From Faecousia sp. (GTDB lineage Bacteria > Bacillota > Clostridia > Oscillospirales > Oscillospiraceae), in the NCBI GenBank assembly GCA_045533345.1, contig JAZSHO010000171.1:9323-73322 (forward strand): DNA of 64,000 bases, in the 5' to 3' direction. The translations under genes were made by a program, and so were the position numbers. This document shows positions 10,901 to 19,435 of this stretch, in pieces (position 1 is the first letter of the stretch; each line of letters opens with the position of its first letter). The notes beneath the pieces are model-generated. The model saw only the letters and a program-made list of their open reading frames with translations, was not told the DNA's origin and searched no databases.

Positions 10901-11454
10901 ATTTCCAGCGGAATTGGCGCAGACCGAGTTTTTTGACCGACGGTGTAGACGGCAAGGACTACGGCAGCGCGATTCATGCCGCACTCCAATACATTCGCTA
11001 TGAAAACTGCGGCAGCACAGAAGAAGTCAAACAGGAAGTCCTGCGACTGGCGCAGCAAGGCTATCTGAAGCAGGAACAGGCAGAACTGGTGAACTGTGAA
11101 AAGCTGGCGGCTTTCTTTGCAACCGATGTGGGACAGAAGCTGCGAACCGGTACGCATCATCTGCGGGAATTTAAATTCTCCATTCTGGACGACGGCAGCC
11201 AATACGGCGACGGTCTGGAAGGGGAGAAGGTTCTGCTCCAGGGCGTGGTAGACTGCGCCCTGGTGGAAGCAGACGGCATCACCATCCTGGACTTCAAAAC
11301 GGACAAGGTAACGGAAAGCACCGTTGCTGACCGGGCAGAGCATTACCGCCCCCAGATAGATACCTACGGCGAAGCTCTCAGCCGCATTTATGAACTGCCT
11401 ATTAAGGAAAAACGGCTGTATTTTTTCAAACTGAACCGGTTCGTGGTTTTATAA
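7945..11454 (+). CDS. addA: ATP-dependent helicase/nuclease subunit A
   Basis: SAAAGSGKT, VDEYQD, VGDVKQSIYQFR, MSIHKSKGLEF, YVAMTRAR, GVVD...LDFKTD. Confidence 0.95.
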   Translation: MADKLTPQQREAVYNRGGKLLVSAAAGSGKTKVLVDRLLTYLTDPADPANLDDFLIITYTKAAASELRGKIAAKLTERIAQEPENRHLQKQMQRLFLTKISTVHGFCSDILREYAYRLDIAADFRVADENECREIRETVMTDLLDRAYANLGDDPDFRAFVDTQGLGRDDRLVPDILEKVYNSAKCHLDPEGWLDKCLQDADVAEVSDVSETVWGQYLMEELHRYLDTQIREFRKCVADAESSDGMEKVCLNLRSTLTQLEELRSSTTWDGIVSLGTVDYGRLTFPRKNVDTDLCDRIKAVRNGCKKGLEKKLSGFANASDQVLLDLRQSAAGVRGLVTLVRQFDRDYSQAKKSRRCVDFSDLEHKTLDLLLGKSRSNPSAAATEIGRRYREIMVDEYQDSNGVQDAIFGALTRERNNCFMVGDVKQSIYQFRLADPGIFLKKYKTYVPAGEVEPGQGRKVLLSHNFRSGAEVIEGVNAVFRTCMSPRVGGLHYTEGEALREGVPHEPMPDPAVELHCISVENDTYAEEAAFVAEKIETMLRTGALVRGKEGFRPVEPDDIVILLRSPGSVGGHYQRALEARGIRCSSGGGTNLLQTQEIGTLRSLLQTIVNPRQDIPLISALASPIFGFTADDLAAFRSKKRSGSVYDALLRSDLPKAKAFLETLQTLRREARMNPLTQLLERIFTLTRLDSIYAAMANGEAKKANLQTFFQLAAEFETGSLRSLPQFLEHLDALEEKGLVSADASSAGCVTIMSIHKSKGLEFPVVFLSSLSRVFNREDLRAQILCDKELGLGLSVADREKRIRYPSAAKRAIAAKMWAESLSEEMRVLYVAMTRARDRLIMTYASRYMENDLVDVVLNADIDNGRIFCQEAVCPGDWVLLTAVKRTEAGQLHALGGRPMETTVADVPWKICLAEQTVTEEAVSALSEPLRAMPEQAEETLAAALSFQYAHVAATQAPSKQIATGRKGRAKDAEAAEDTREQKHFQRNWRRPSFLTDGVDGKDYGSAIHAALQYIRYENCGSTEEVKQEVLRLAQQGYLKQEQAELVNCEKLAAFFATDVGQKLRTGTHHLREFKFSILDDGSQYGDGLEGEKVLLQGVVDCALVEADGITILDFKTDKVTESTVADRAEHYRPQIDTYGEALSRIYELPIKEKRLYFFKLNRFVVL

Positions 11455-11461
11455 GTACAGA

Positions 11462-11490
11462 AAACGGCACCCTCTTTTGAGGGTGCCGTT
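11462..11490. terminator. Intrinsic terminator between addA and the convergent small ORF
   Basis: AACGGCACCCTC-tttt-GAGGGTGCCGTT. Confidence 0.75.
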
Positions 11491-11497
11491 GCTGCCT

Positions 11498-11605
11498 TTA
11501 GCGGCAGTTCTTGTTTTCGTTCTGGGTTCTGTTGTTGTTCTGGTTCTGGTTGTTGTTCTGGCTCTGGTTGCTGTTCTGGTTCTTATTCTGGTTCTGGTTA
11601 TTCAT
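11498..11605 (-). CDS. 35-aa Asn/Gln-rich peptide (not in the ORF track)
   Basis: GGAGG RBS, ATG at 11605, MNNQNQNKNQNSNQSQNNNQNQNNNRTQNENKNCR, TAA at 11498; followed by a terminator. Confidence 0.7.
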   Translation of the reverse strand: MNNQNQNKNQNSNQSQNNNQNQNNNRTQNENKNCR

Positions 11606-11666
11606 CTATTCTTCCTCCGAATATTTGTACTCACGGCCTTGCCGCTATCCTAGCTTACCCGGAAAT

Positions 11667-12023
11667 TCAGGATTTATCCTTGGCTTTGAAGAGAATACTG
11701 GCCAGCAAGCCGGCAAAAATGGCCGCCGTAATGCCTCCGGCGCTGGCTTTCAGCCCTCCGGTGAAAATGCCGAGGAATCCGTCCTCCTGTACCGCTTCCT
11801 TGACACCCTTTGCAAGGGTGTTTCCAAAACCGGTCAGAGGCACCGTAGCCCCAGCCCCGGCGAAGTCTGCAAGGGGCTGATAGACCCCGATGGCCCCCAA
11901 AAACACGCCGATGACCACATAGCTGACCAGAATCCGTGCCGGGGTCAGTTTGGTTTTATCAATCAAAATCTGTCCGATCAGACAAAACAGTCCCCCAACC
12001 AGAAAGGCTTTTACATAGTCCAT
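11667..12023 (-). CDS. spoVAE: Stage V sporulation protein AE
   Basis: AFLVGGLFCLIGQILIDKTKLTPARILV, AGAGATVPLTGFG. Confidence 0.92.
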   Translation of the reverse strand: MDYVKAFLVGGLFCLIGQILIDKTKLTPARILVSYVVIGVFLGAIGVYQPLADFAGAGATVPLTGFGNTLAKGVKEAVQEDGFLGIFTGGLKASAGGITAAIFAGLLASILFKAKDKS

Positions 12024-12024
12024 A

Positions 12025-13041
12025 TCAATTCCCTCCTTCAATGGAAACCGCGTGACACACGCCGGGAATGGGCAGTCCCTGCTGTGTGGAGGTAGGGGAC
12101 AGCAGCGCTCCGGTACCGCAGAACAGAATTTTTTTCAGTTTTCCCGTGCTGAGTTTTCCCAGTAGATACCCGCAAAGGGTGATGGCGCTGCAACCGCAGC
12201 CTGAGCCGCCGGAATGGACGTCCTGCACCGTGTTATCGAATACCAGAGTACCGCAGTCTGCCAGCTTGCCTCCAAGGGAGATCCCATCCCGCTTGGAAAG
12301 CTCCAGCAGCATTTCCTTGCCCAACTGCCCCAAATCCCCGGTGACGATCAGATCGAAATCCTCCGGCCCCTTACCGCAATCCTCAAAATGGGCCCGAATG
12401 GTGTCGTAAGCTGCCGGGGCCATGGCAGCACCCATATTGTTGGCATCCTTGATGCCCAAATCCCGGACGCAGCCAATGGTACATCCGGTGACCTTCGGTC
12501 CCTTCCCGGAGGAGCAGACCAGTGCTGCTCCGGAGCCGGTTACCGTCCATTGTGCGGTGGGTGTCCGCTGCCCACCGTAGCCCAGAGGGAAGCGGTACTG
12601 CCGCTCAGAGGAAGCAAAATGGGAGGAGGTCATGGCCACCACCTTATCCGCAAAGCCGCCGCCCACGGTCATGGAGGCCATCAATAAACTCTCTGCCATG
12701 GTGGAGCAGGCACCGTAAAGTCCCAGATGGGGAATGCCCATATTCCGAAGGGTAAAAGACGAGCCGATGCACTGGTTCAGCAGGTCCCCGGAGAATACAA
12801 TGTCAAATTCCGATGCCCGGATTCCTGCCTTTTCCGCCAGCTTCAGCAAGGCCAGCTTCTGCATCTGCTTTTCTCCCTGTTCCCAGGTTTTCTGGCCGAA
12901 ATAGGTATCCTGGGACTTGATGTCAAAGGTATGAGCCAGAGGCCCTTCCGACTCTTTTTTACCGGCAACGCTGGACCAGCAGGTAATGACGGGCGGCTCC
13001 GGAAGAACAAAACTCTGCCGTCCCCGCTTGAAATTTGCCAT
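12025..13041 (-). CDS. spoVAD: Stage V sporulation protein AD
   Basis: GDLLNQC, GLYGACSTMAESL, ERQYRFPLGYGGQR, GGSGCGCSA. Confidence 0.95.
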   Translation of the reverse strand: MANFKRGRQSFVLPEPPVITCWSSVAGKKESEGPLAHTFDIKSQDTYFGQKTWEQGEKQMQKLALLKLAEKAGIRASEFDIVFSGDLLNQCIGSSFTLRNMGIPHLGLYGACSTMAESLLMASMTVGGGFADKVVAMTSSHFASSERQYRFPLGYGGQRTPTAQWTVTGSGAALVCSSGKGPKVTGCTIGCVRDLGIKDANNMGAAMAPAAYDTIRAHFEDCGKGPEDFDLIVTGDLGQLGKEMLLELSKRDGISLGGKLADCGTLVFDNTVQDVHSGGSGCGCSAITLCGYLLGKLSTGKLKKILFCGTGALLSPTSTQQGLPIPGVCHAVSIEGGN

Positions 13042-13069
13042 AAAAGCACCTTCTTTGCATATTTTTCTC

Positions 13070-13099
13070 TAGTATGCGCAAAGGTTGCAATTGGTATTC
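13070..13099 (-). promoter_or_regulatory. sigG-type promoter for spoVAD-spoVAE
   Basis: GAATA-N18-CATACTA on the - strand. Confidence 0.65.
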
Positions 13100-13137
13100 T
13101 GTTGGTTTATAATGAAAACAAAGGAAGAGGTGATACT

Positions 13138-13638
13138 ATGGCATACACGATTCGGCACGCCCTTTGGGAGGACCTTAACAGAATCGAGGAAATTTACGCT
13201 TATGCCCGGCACTTTATGGCCAGCACCGGTAATCCCAACCAGTGGGGAAAGACCAATCCTCCTGTGGAGCAGCTGAAAAAAGATATTGAAAATCGGCTGC
13301 TATTTGTGGTAACGGAAGGCGAAGATATTCACGGCGTTTTTTACTTTTACATCGGTCCGGATCCTACGTATGATTATATTGAGGATGGCACATGGCATTG
13401 GGACACTCCCTATGGAACCATCCACCGCATTGCGGGGGATGGCAGCGGCGGTATTCTGAAAACTGCTGTTGCTTTTTGCAGTACCAAAATCAACCATCTT
13501 CGCATCGACACGCACCACGACAATGTGGTCATGCAGAAAGCCGTGGAAAAAGTTGGCTTCCGCCGCTGCGGCATTATTTACATTGCCGATGGCTCTCCCC
13601 GAATCGCATACGAACGGCATAAGGAGAACGGGATATGA
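13138..13638 (+). CDS. GNAT N-acetyltransferase
   Basis: GNPNQW, IHRIA, LRIDTHHDNVVMQ...GFRRCG; GAGGTG RBS. Confidence 0.85.
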   Translation: MAYTIRHALWEDLNRIEEIYAYARHFMASTGNPNQWGKTNPPVEQLKKDIENRLLFVVTEGEDIHGVFYFYIGPDPTYDYIEDGTWHWDTPYGTIHRIAGDGSGGILKTAVAFCSTKINHLRIDTHHDNVVMQKAVEKVGFRRCGIIYIADGSPRIAYERHKENGI

Positions 13639-13841
13639 AGAAAAACAAGGCAAAGCTGTGCTTTCTTATCAGCGCTGTATTGGCGTGTATTTTTGTGATT
13701 AAAAATCCTCTGGACTACCTGACCTGGTCCACCACATTAAATTCTGCCCCGTTTTGGGTAAATATCCTGGTAAACGCAATCTATTTTCTGCTTCCGGCAC
13801 TGATTGCTTTGATTTTGGGTTTTGTTTTCAGAAAGAAATGA
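13635..13841 (+). CDS. Small two-TM hypothetical membrane protein
   Basis: ATG overlaps the GNAT stop; two hydrophobic segments. Confidence 0.65.
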   Translation: MKKNKAKLCFLISAVLACIFVIKNPLDYLTWSTTLNSAPFWVNILVNAIYFLLPALIALILGFVFRKK

Positions 13842-13875
13842 AAAAACAGCCGGCATCCTCGGATGCCGGCTGAAA
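13842..13875. terminator. Bidirectional intrinsic terminator
   Basis: CAGCCGGCATCC-tc-GGATGCCGGCTG. Confidence 0.7.
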
Positions 13876-13883
13876 TTGTTTTG

Positions 13884-14900
13884 TTAAGCCATACGGCGGG
13901 CGCCGTAGTAGTGGTTTGCCCAGTAGCCGCTGGTGATGTCCGCATAGGACACGGTGGAGCGGGAGTTGGGGGAGTGGATCATCTGGCCGTTGCCCACATA
14001 GATGCCTACGTGAGAAATGGCATTGGAAGAACCGGTACCGGCGAAGAACACGATATCACCGGGCTGCAAGCTGGCCTTGTCCACATATGTACCCTGCTTA
14101 TACTGATCAGCGGGAGTGCGGTAGGGGGAGAAGCTGAACTGCTTCAGAACGTAGTAAACAAAACCGGAGCAGTCAAAACCGCTGGGGGAAGCACCGCCGT
14201 AAATGTAGGGGGTGCCAAGGTACTTCTTGGCCTCAGCCACGATCTGGGCGCCGGTGGCACTGCCGGTGGAAATGTTGTTACCGGAAGAAGTGGTGCCGGA
14301 GTTGGAAACCGTACCGTTCAGTGCGGCTGCGCTGGGAGCCACACCGGTGGACTTTCCGCCCCGGAAGAACTTGGGACTCTTGACGGAGTCCTTATTTTCA
14401 TAGGGAAGCTCAGTCAGTTCCAGATAATCGCTGCGGATATAGCAAATACGGGAACCGTAAATGACCTTGTACCAGCCTTCATTCAGACCAATGATGTAAC
14501 ACTTGCTTCCCTGGGGTGCCACGGAAACGATGGACCGGGAAGTAGAGGGACCGCTGCGCAGGTTTACGGCGGAGCCGGTGACCTTGCCATAGCCCAGTTC
14601 GGCATTTTCCTTGGTCAGCACATTCAGATAGCTGCTGTACATATAGCCTTCCTGCAGATTGTAGTTGACCTTGTACCAGTCACCGACCTTGGCGATGACA
14701 ACAACGCAGTCATTTTTTGCTGCAGTGTCCAGGGTTTTGGAAGCGGTGGTTGCTTCGCTGCGCAGCCGCAGTCCATTGGTGTTGACAAAACCGATGCCGT
14801 ACATGAGATGAGACTCAGCGGCAAAGGTGGGAACTGCGAGCAAGCCGATCATCAGCACAAGGGTCAGTGCCATGCTGATGATTCTTGTGGAAATCTTCAT
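13884..14900 (-). CDS. Secreted peptidoglycan endopeptidase, 2x SH3b + NlpC/P60
   Basis: Signal peptide; LRLRS/VNLRSGPST SH3b repeats; LGTPYIYGG...FDCSG...HVGIY. Confidence 0.92.
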   Translation of the reverse strand: MKISTRIISMALTLVLMIGLLAVPTFAAESHLMYGIGFVNTNGLRLRSEATTASKTLDTAAKNDCVVVIAKVGDWYKVNYNLQEGYMYSSYLNVLTKENAELGYGKVTGSAVNLRSGPSTSRSIVSVAPQGSKCYIIGLNEGWYKVIYGSRICYIRSDYLELTELPYENKDSVKSPKFFRGGKSTGVAPSAAALNGTVSNSGTTSSGNNISTGSATGAQIVAEAKKYLGTPYIYGGASPSGFDCSGFVYYVLKQFSFSPYRTPADQYKQGTYVDKASLQPGDIVFFAGTGSSNAISHVGIYVGNGQMIHSPNSRSTVSYADITSGYWANHYYGARRMA

Positions 14901-14934
14901 ACGTTACCTCCGTCTTACGGAAAAAATCTAAGTC

Positions 14935-15225
14935 TTACTTACCTGCCAGAGCGCGCTCCAGCCACACACAGCCGAAATCCAGGGCGGTGTAGAGGCCGTC
15001 TTTTTCACTCTTCTTCACAATGCGATCCCGGCTTCTGACGTTGGGATCGGTCAGCTGCAGCTGAACAGAAACACGGGTGGCGATGTCCATATCGTTGACC
15101 TTCTTGGTCTCGAGGATCTGGAGCATCACGATGTGGCTGTCAGCCATGGAACCATAATAAATCAAGTTATCCTTCCGCATCAGCGGACGGCCCTTGTACA
15201 TCAAAACTGCATTTTCTTCAGCCAT
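14935..15225 (-). CDS. Hypothetical protein, 96 aa
   Basis: GGAGG RBS; closely co-oriented with the NlpC/P60 gene. Confidence 0.75.
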   Translation of the reverse strand: MAEENAVLMYKGRPLMRKDNLIYYGSMADSHIVMLQILETKKVNDMDIATRVSVQLQLTDPNVRSRDRIVKKSEKDGLYTALDFGCVWLERALAGK

Positions 15226-15247
15226 GGAAGGAACCTCCTAAGCAAAA

Positions 15248-15285
15248 TGTAATCAAATTGTAACATATTGTAACGCAGATGTCAA
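15248..15285 (-). promoter_or_regulatory. SigA promoter overlapped by WalR-type direct repeats
   Basis: TTGACA-17-TACAAT on the - strand (15285..15257); TGTAAT-N5-TGTAAC-N4-TGTAAC on the + strand at 15248-15274. Confidence 0.55.
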
Positions 15286-15435
15286 GTGTTTGTTTCAAAT
15301 CCCTGGGAAACCACCTGGTTTACGTAACAATCCGACCCAAAAATGGAAAAAATAAGTAAGACGGAGGGGAGTATGAAGCTTTTAAGGTACAAAACAAGAG
15401 GCCTTTGCCGTGGCAAAAGCCTCTTGGCTATGGGG

Positions 15436-15690
15436 TTACTCTTTCTCGAACAGATACTCGCGAACCAGAACCTGCATCATCTCGTCCCGGTCGATCTTGC
15501 AGATCATGCTGCGGGCGTTGTTATAATTGGTGATGTAGGTAGGATCCTCGGTCAGCAGGTATCCCACGATCTGGTTGATGGGGTTGTAGCCCTTTTCAGT
15601 TAAGGCATCAAACACACTCCGGAGGATCCGGCGCATATTCTCTTTGTCGTCGCTGGCTACGGTAAACTTGAGGGTATCTTTATCCGTCAT
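15436..15690 (-). CDS. ireB: IreB/ReoM family regulatory phosphoprotein (DUF965)
   Basis: ALTEKGYNPINQIVGYLLTEDPTYIT. Confidence 0.9.
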   Translation of the reverse strand: MTDKDTLKFTVASDDKENMRRILRSVFDALTEKGYNPINQIVGYLLTEDPTYITNYNNARSMICKIDRDEMMQVLVREYLFEKE

Positions 15691-15789
15691 GGTCTCAGCC
15701 TCCTTTTTCTCTAAATCAATATGGTCATTATAACCGAAATAAACGGGGCTGTAAAGTCCTAAAAAAGGAAATTTTTGTGAATTCTTTAG

Positions 15790-15824
15790 AAAAATTCGGG
15801 ACAGGAATCTCTTCCTGTCCCGAA
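15790..15824 (-). terminator. pheST terminator
   Basis: TTCGGGACAGGAA...TTCCTGTCCCGAA hairpin. Confidence 0.7.
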
Positions 15825-15843
15825 TAATGTCGAATAGAAACGA

Positions 15844-18231
15844 TTAACGCAGCACTGCGTCCAGCTTTTCCTTCAACGCAGCCAGAACCTTGGCGGTAAC
15901 GCCTTCGGAATCGGTATCGGTCAACGTCCGGTCATCGGCCCGCAGTTCCAGGGAGAAGGCCATGGACTTCTTGCCCTCGGGAACACCAACGCCACGGTAG
16001 ATGTCAAAGAGCTTCACGCCCCGCAGCAGCTTGCCGGCAGATGCGGTGATTACGTCCTCAATCTGGGCAACAGTAACAGCCTCGTCACAGATCAAAGATA
16101 GGTCACGGCTGACACCGGGATACTTGGGCAGGGGAGTGTAGGTGGCATCGGGCAGCTGCAGCGTAAGCAGCTTGGTGAAGCTGATCTCGCAGACATAAAC
16201 GTCCACGTCAATGCCGTAGTTCTTGCAAACCAGAGGATGGACCTGGCCAATGACGCCCACATCCACGCCGTCGATGGTAACCTTGGCGCAGCGGCCGGGA
16301 TGGTAGCTGGGATTGTTCTTAACAGCCTCGTAGCTGGCCTTCTTGATCCGCAGACCGGCGAAAACAGCTTCCAGCTCACCCTTCAGAGAGAAGAAGTTGG
16401 CGTTGGGACCGTAGGTACCCAGCATCAGCATCTTGGGTTCTTCGGGAAGCTTCTGACCTTCCACGGGCAGATAGATCTTAGCCAGCTCGTAGAGCTTGAC
16501 GGACTTGTTGTGGTAGTTGTAATTTCTTGCCAGAATATCCATCATAGAGGGCAGGGCGATGGTACGCATGATGGAAGTATCCTCACCCAGGGGGTTCTGG
16601 ATCTTCATGGCGTTGCGCAGAGGGCTGTCGCCGGGAAGACGGATCTGGTCGAAAATGGTGGGAGAAACGAAGGAATAGGTGATGATCTCATTGTAGCCCA
16701 GACCGCGGCAGACCTGGCCTGCCTTGGTTTCCAGCTTCATTTCGGGGGAGTAGCCGCCCTGGGTGGAGGTCTTGAATGCGGTGGTGGGGATCTCGTTGTA
16801 GCCGTAGGAGCGGCCAACTTCCTCAGCAATGTCCGCCATCAGATTCAGGTCGGGACGGAAGGAGGGAACATGGATGGTATCGCCTTCCACCTCAATCTCC
16901 AGCAGGTTCAGATACTTGACCATATCTTCCTTGGAAATGTTGGTGCCCAGCAGACGGTTGATCCGGTCGCACTCTAGAGTCAGGGTCTTTTCCTGGTGAA
17001 CATAGTTGATGATATCGATGGTGCCGTCCAGCACGTCGCCGCACTCCAGCAGTTCCACCAGCTCGCAGGCACGCTGCAGAGCGGGAATGGTCATCATGGG
17101 ATCCAGATTCTTCTCGAACTTGCCGGATGCTTCGGTACGCATACCCAGAGCCAGAGCGGTCTGGCGGATGGAGGTGCCGTTGAAGTTGGCGGATTCGAAG
17201 ACCACCATGGTGGTGTCGTCCATGATTTCGGAGTTCTCGCCGCCCATGATGCCTGCCAGGCCGATGGCACGTTCATCGTCAGCGATGACCAGCATACCGG
17301 GCTTCAGATTCCGGACGTTGCCGTCCAGGGTGGTGAGGGTTTCGCCCTCCACAGCCTCCCGAACCACGATCTTACCGGAGGAAACATAGCGGTAGTCGAA
17401 AGCGTGCATAGGCTGGCCGTACTCCAGCATGACGTAGTTGGTGATGTCAACGATGTTGTTGATGGGGCGCACGCCGTTGGCGCGCAGGCGGTTGCGCAGC
17501 CACTTGGGGGAGGGACCGATCTTCACATTGGCCACCATCCGGGAGGAGTAGCGGTTGCACAGAGCTTCTGCGGGAACTTCCACATCCAGATGCTCGAAGA
17601 TAGAACCGGCATCGCTGCCCTTGACCTGAGGCTCGTGGTGCTTCATCTGCATACCAAAAGCGGCAGCGGACTCGCGAGCCAGACCGATGATGGAGTAGCA
17701 GTCGGGGCGGTTGTTGGTGATTTCAAATTCCACAACCGTATCGTCGTTGCCGATGACCAGGTTGATGTCATCGCCGGGCTTGCAGTCCTCGTCATTGAGG
17801 ATCCAGATGCCGTCGGCATAGGCACCGGGCAGATCGTTCTGGGTCAGACCCAGTTCTGCAAAGGAGCAGAGCATACCGTTGGACTTTTCGCCTCTCAGCT
17901 TGCCCTTGGTGATGTGAACACCGCCGGGGAGCCAGGAATTGTGCAGAGCAGCGGGAACCAGGTCGCCTTCATGGACGTTCTGTGCGCCGGTGACGATCTG
18001 AACAGGCTCTTCTTCGCCTACGTCCACCTGGCAGACCCACATGTGGTCGGAGTTTTCATGGCGAACGATGGAAACGACCTTACCAACCTTGACATTCTTG
18101 ATCTCAGCGTCCATGCGCTCCCAGGTTTCCACCTTCTGGCCGAAAACGGTTAGCTTTTCTACATATTCCTTATCGGAAACGTGGGACAGATCCACGAATT
18201 CCTCATGCAGCCATTTTCTGTTGAGTTGCAT
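15844..18231 (-). CDS. pheT: Phenylalanine-tRNA ligase beta subunit
   Basis: 795 aa; tRNA-binding OB domain, ITNNRPDC, RPINNIVDITNYV, C-terminal FDX-ACB. Confidence 0.97.
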   Translation of the reverse strand: MQLNRKWLHEEFVDLSHVSDKEYVEKLTVFGQKVETWERMDAEIKNVKVGKVVSIVRHENSDHMWVCQVDVGEEEPVQIVTGAQNVHEGDLVPAALHNSWLPGGVHITKGKLRGEKSNGMLCSFAELGLTQNDLPGAYADGIWILNDEDCKPGDDINLVIGNDDTVVEFEITNNRPDCYSIIGLARESAAAFGMQMKHHEPQVKGSDAGSIFEHLDVEVPAEALCNRYSSRMVANVKIGPSPKWLRNRLRANGVRPINNIVDITNYVMLEYGQPMHAFDYRYVSSGKIVVREAVEGETLTTLDGNVRNLKPGMLVIADDERAIGLAGIMGGENSEIMDDTTMVVFESANFNGTSIRQTALALGMRTEASGKFEKNLDPMMTIPALQRACELVELLECGDVLDGTIDIINYVHQEKTLTLECDRINRLLGTNISKEDMVKYLNLLEIEVEGDTIHVPSFRPDLNLMADIAEEVGRSYGYNEIPTTAFKTSTQGGYSPEMKLETKAGQVCRGLGYNEIITYSFVSPTIFDQIRLPGDSPLRNAMKIQNPLGEDTSIMRTIALPSMMDILARNYNYHNKSVKLYELAKIYLPVEGQKLPEEPKMLMLGTYGPNANFFSLKGELEAVFAGLRIKKASYEAVKNNPSYHPGRCAKVTIDGVDVGVIGQVHPLVCKNYGIDVDVYVCEISFTKLLTLQLPDATYTPLPKYPGVSRDLSLICDEAVTVAQIEDVITASAGKLLRGVKLFDIYRGVGVPEGKKSMAFSLELRADDRTLTDTDSEGVTAKVLAALKEKLDAVLR

Positions 18232-18244
18232 CGTCTATCCCTCC

Positions 18245-19288
18245 TTAGAACTGATTCAGGAACCGTACGTCGTTGTCGAAGATCAGACGCAGGTCGTTGA
18301 TTTTCATGCGGCCCATGGCGGTACGCTCCAGACCGATGCCGAAAGCAAATCCGGAATACTTGGTGGAATCGATGCCGCAGTTTTCCAGAACACCGGGGTG
18401 AACCATACCGGCACCCAGCAGTTCGATCCAGCCTTCGCCGTGGCAGGTGGAGCAAACCTGGCCATCGATTTCACCGGTGCCGTGGCACTTGTGGCACTGC
18501 ATGTCCATTTCGCAGCTGGGCTCGGTGAAGGGGAAGTGGTGGGGACGGAACCGGACCTGGGCATTGTGGCCGTAGATCTTGTTCATAATGGTGATCAGAG
18601 CGCCCTTCAGATCGCCCATGGTGATGTTCTCACCCACAACCAGTCCTTCGATCTGGTGGAACATGGGGGAGTGGGTGGCGTCAGCCTCGTCCTTACGGAA
18701 CACGCGGCCGGGAGCCAGCATGCAGAAGGGGGGCTGATGGTTTTCCATGTAGCGGATCTGCATGGAGCTGGTCTGGGTACGCAGCAGCACTTCGTCGTTA
18801 TCGTCGAAGTAGAAGGTGTCGCTGCGGTCGCGGGAAGGATGGCCTTCCTCGATGTTCAGACGGGTGAAGTTGTAGCTGGCGAATTCCACCTCGGGACCGT
18901 CAACGACGGTGTAACCCATGCCGACAAAGATGTCCTTGATCTCCTGCAGCACCTGGTTCATGGGATGCTGATGACCAACGATAACGGTTTCACCGGGGAT
19001 GGTCACATCGATGGACTCGGAAGCCAGCTTTGCTTCCAGCACGGCAGCATGGATGGCAGCCTTCCGCTCTTCCAGCTTGGCCTCGATCTCAGCCCGGACG
19101 GCGTTAGCCATCTGGCCCATAATGGGGCGCTCCTCGGGGCTGAGCTTACCCATCATCTTCAGAACGGCGGTCAGTTCGCCCTTCTTACCCAGCAGCTTAA
19201 CGCGCAGCTCTTCCAGGGCAGCCGGGGTAGTGGCAGCATCCAGAGAAGCCAGAGCGTTCAGCTTGATCTGCTCCAATTGTTGTTTCAT
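18245..19288 (-). CDS. pheS: Phenylalanine-tRNA ligase alpha subunit
   Basis: LLRTQTS, DATHSPMFHQIEG, FPFTEPS, GFAFGIGLER. Confidence 0.97.
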   Translation of the reverse strand: MKQQLEQIKLNALASLDAATTPAALEELRVKLLGKKGELTAVLKMMGKLSPEERPIMGQMANAVRAEIEAKLEERKAAIHAAVLEAKLASESIDVTIPGETVIVGHQHPMNQVLQEIKDIFVGMGYTVVDGPEVEFASYNFTRLNIEEGHPSRDRSDTFYFDDNDEVLLRTQTSSMQIRYMENHQPPFCMLAPGRVFRKDEADATHSPMFHQIEGLVVGENITMGDLKGALITIMNKIYGHNAQVRFRPHHFPFTEPSCEMDMQCHKCHGTGEIDGQVCSTCHGEGWIELLGAGMVHPGVLENCGIDSTKYSGFAFGIGLERTAMGRMKINDLRLIFDNDVRFLNQF

Positions 19289-19316
19289 TTTATCTTCCTC
19301 CTAAAAGGCAATATAT

Positions 19317-19430
19317 AAGTTGAAAATTGATAATTGAAAGTTGAAAATTAAGGAATTTTCTTCGAAAATAATTGAAATTATCGGCAAAGCCGATACAATA
19401 ATTTTCAATTTTTCATTTTCAATTGTCAAT
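19317..19430. repeat. AT-rich palindromic element with heptamer-repeat arms
   Basis: Left arm (A/T)A(A/G)TTGA x4; centre TATCGGCAAAGCCGATA; right arm is the inverted TTTTCAA-type repeat. Confidence 0.7.
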
Positions 19431-19435
19431 AAAAA

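Noticed and set aside
11511-12095. Track ORF with FWLL/FWFW repeats
   Set aside because: It is the antisense reading of the N/Q peptide and spoVAE and has no RBS.
18420-18505. DnaJ-like CxxCxGxG zinc motif in PheS
   Set aside because: A Cys4 insert is common in Bacillota PheS; it is only slightly longer here.
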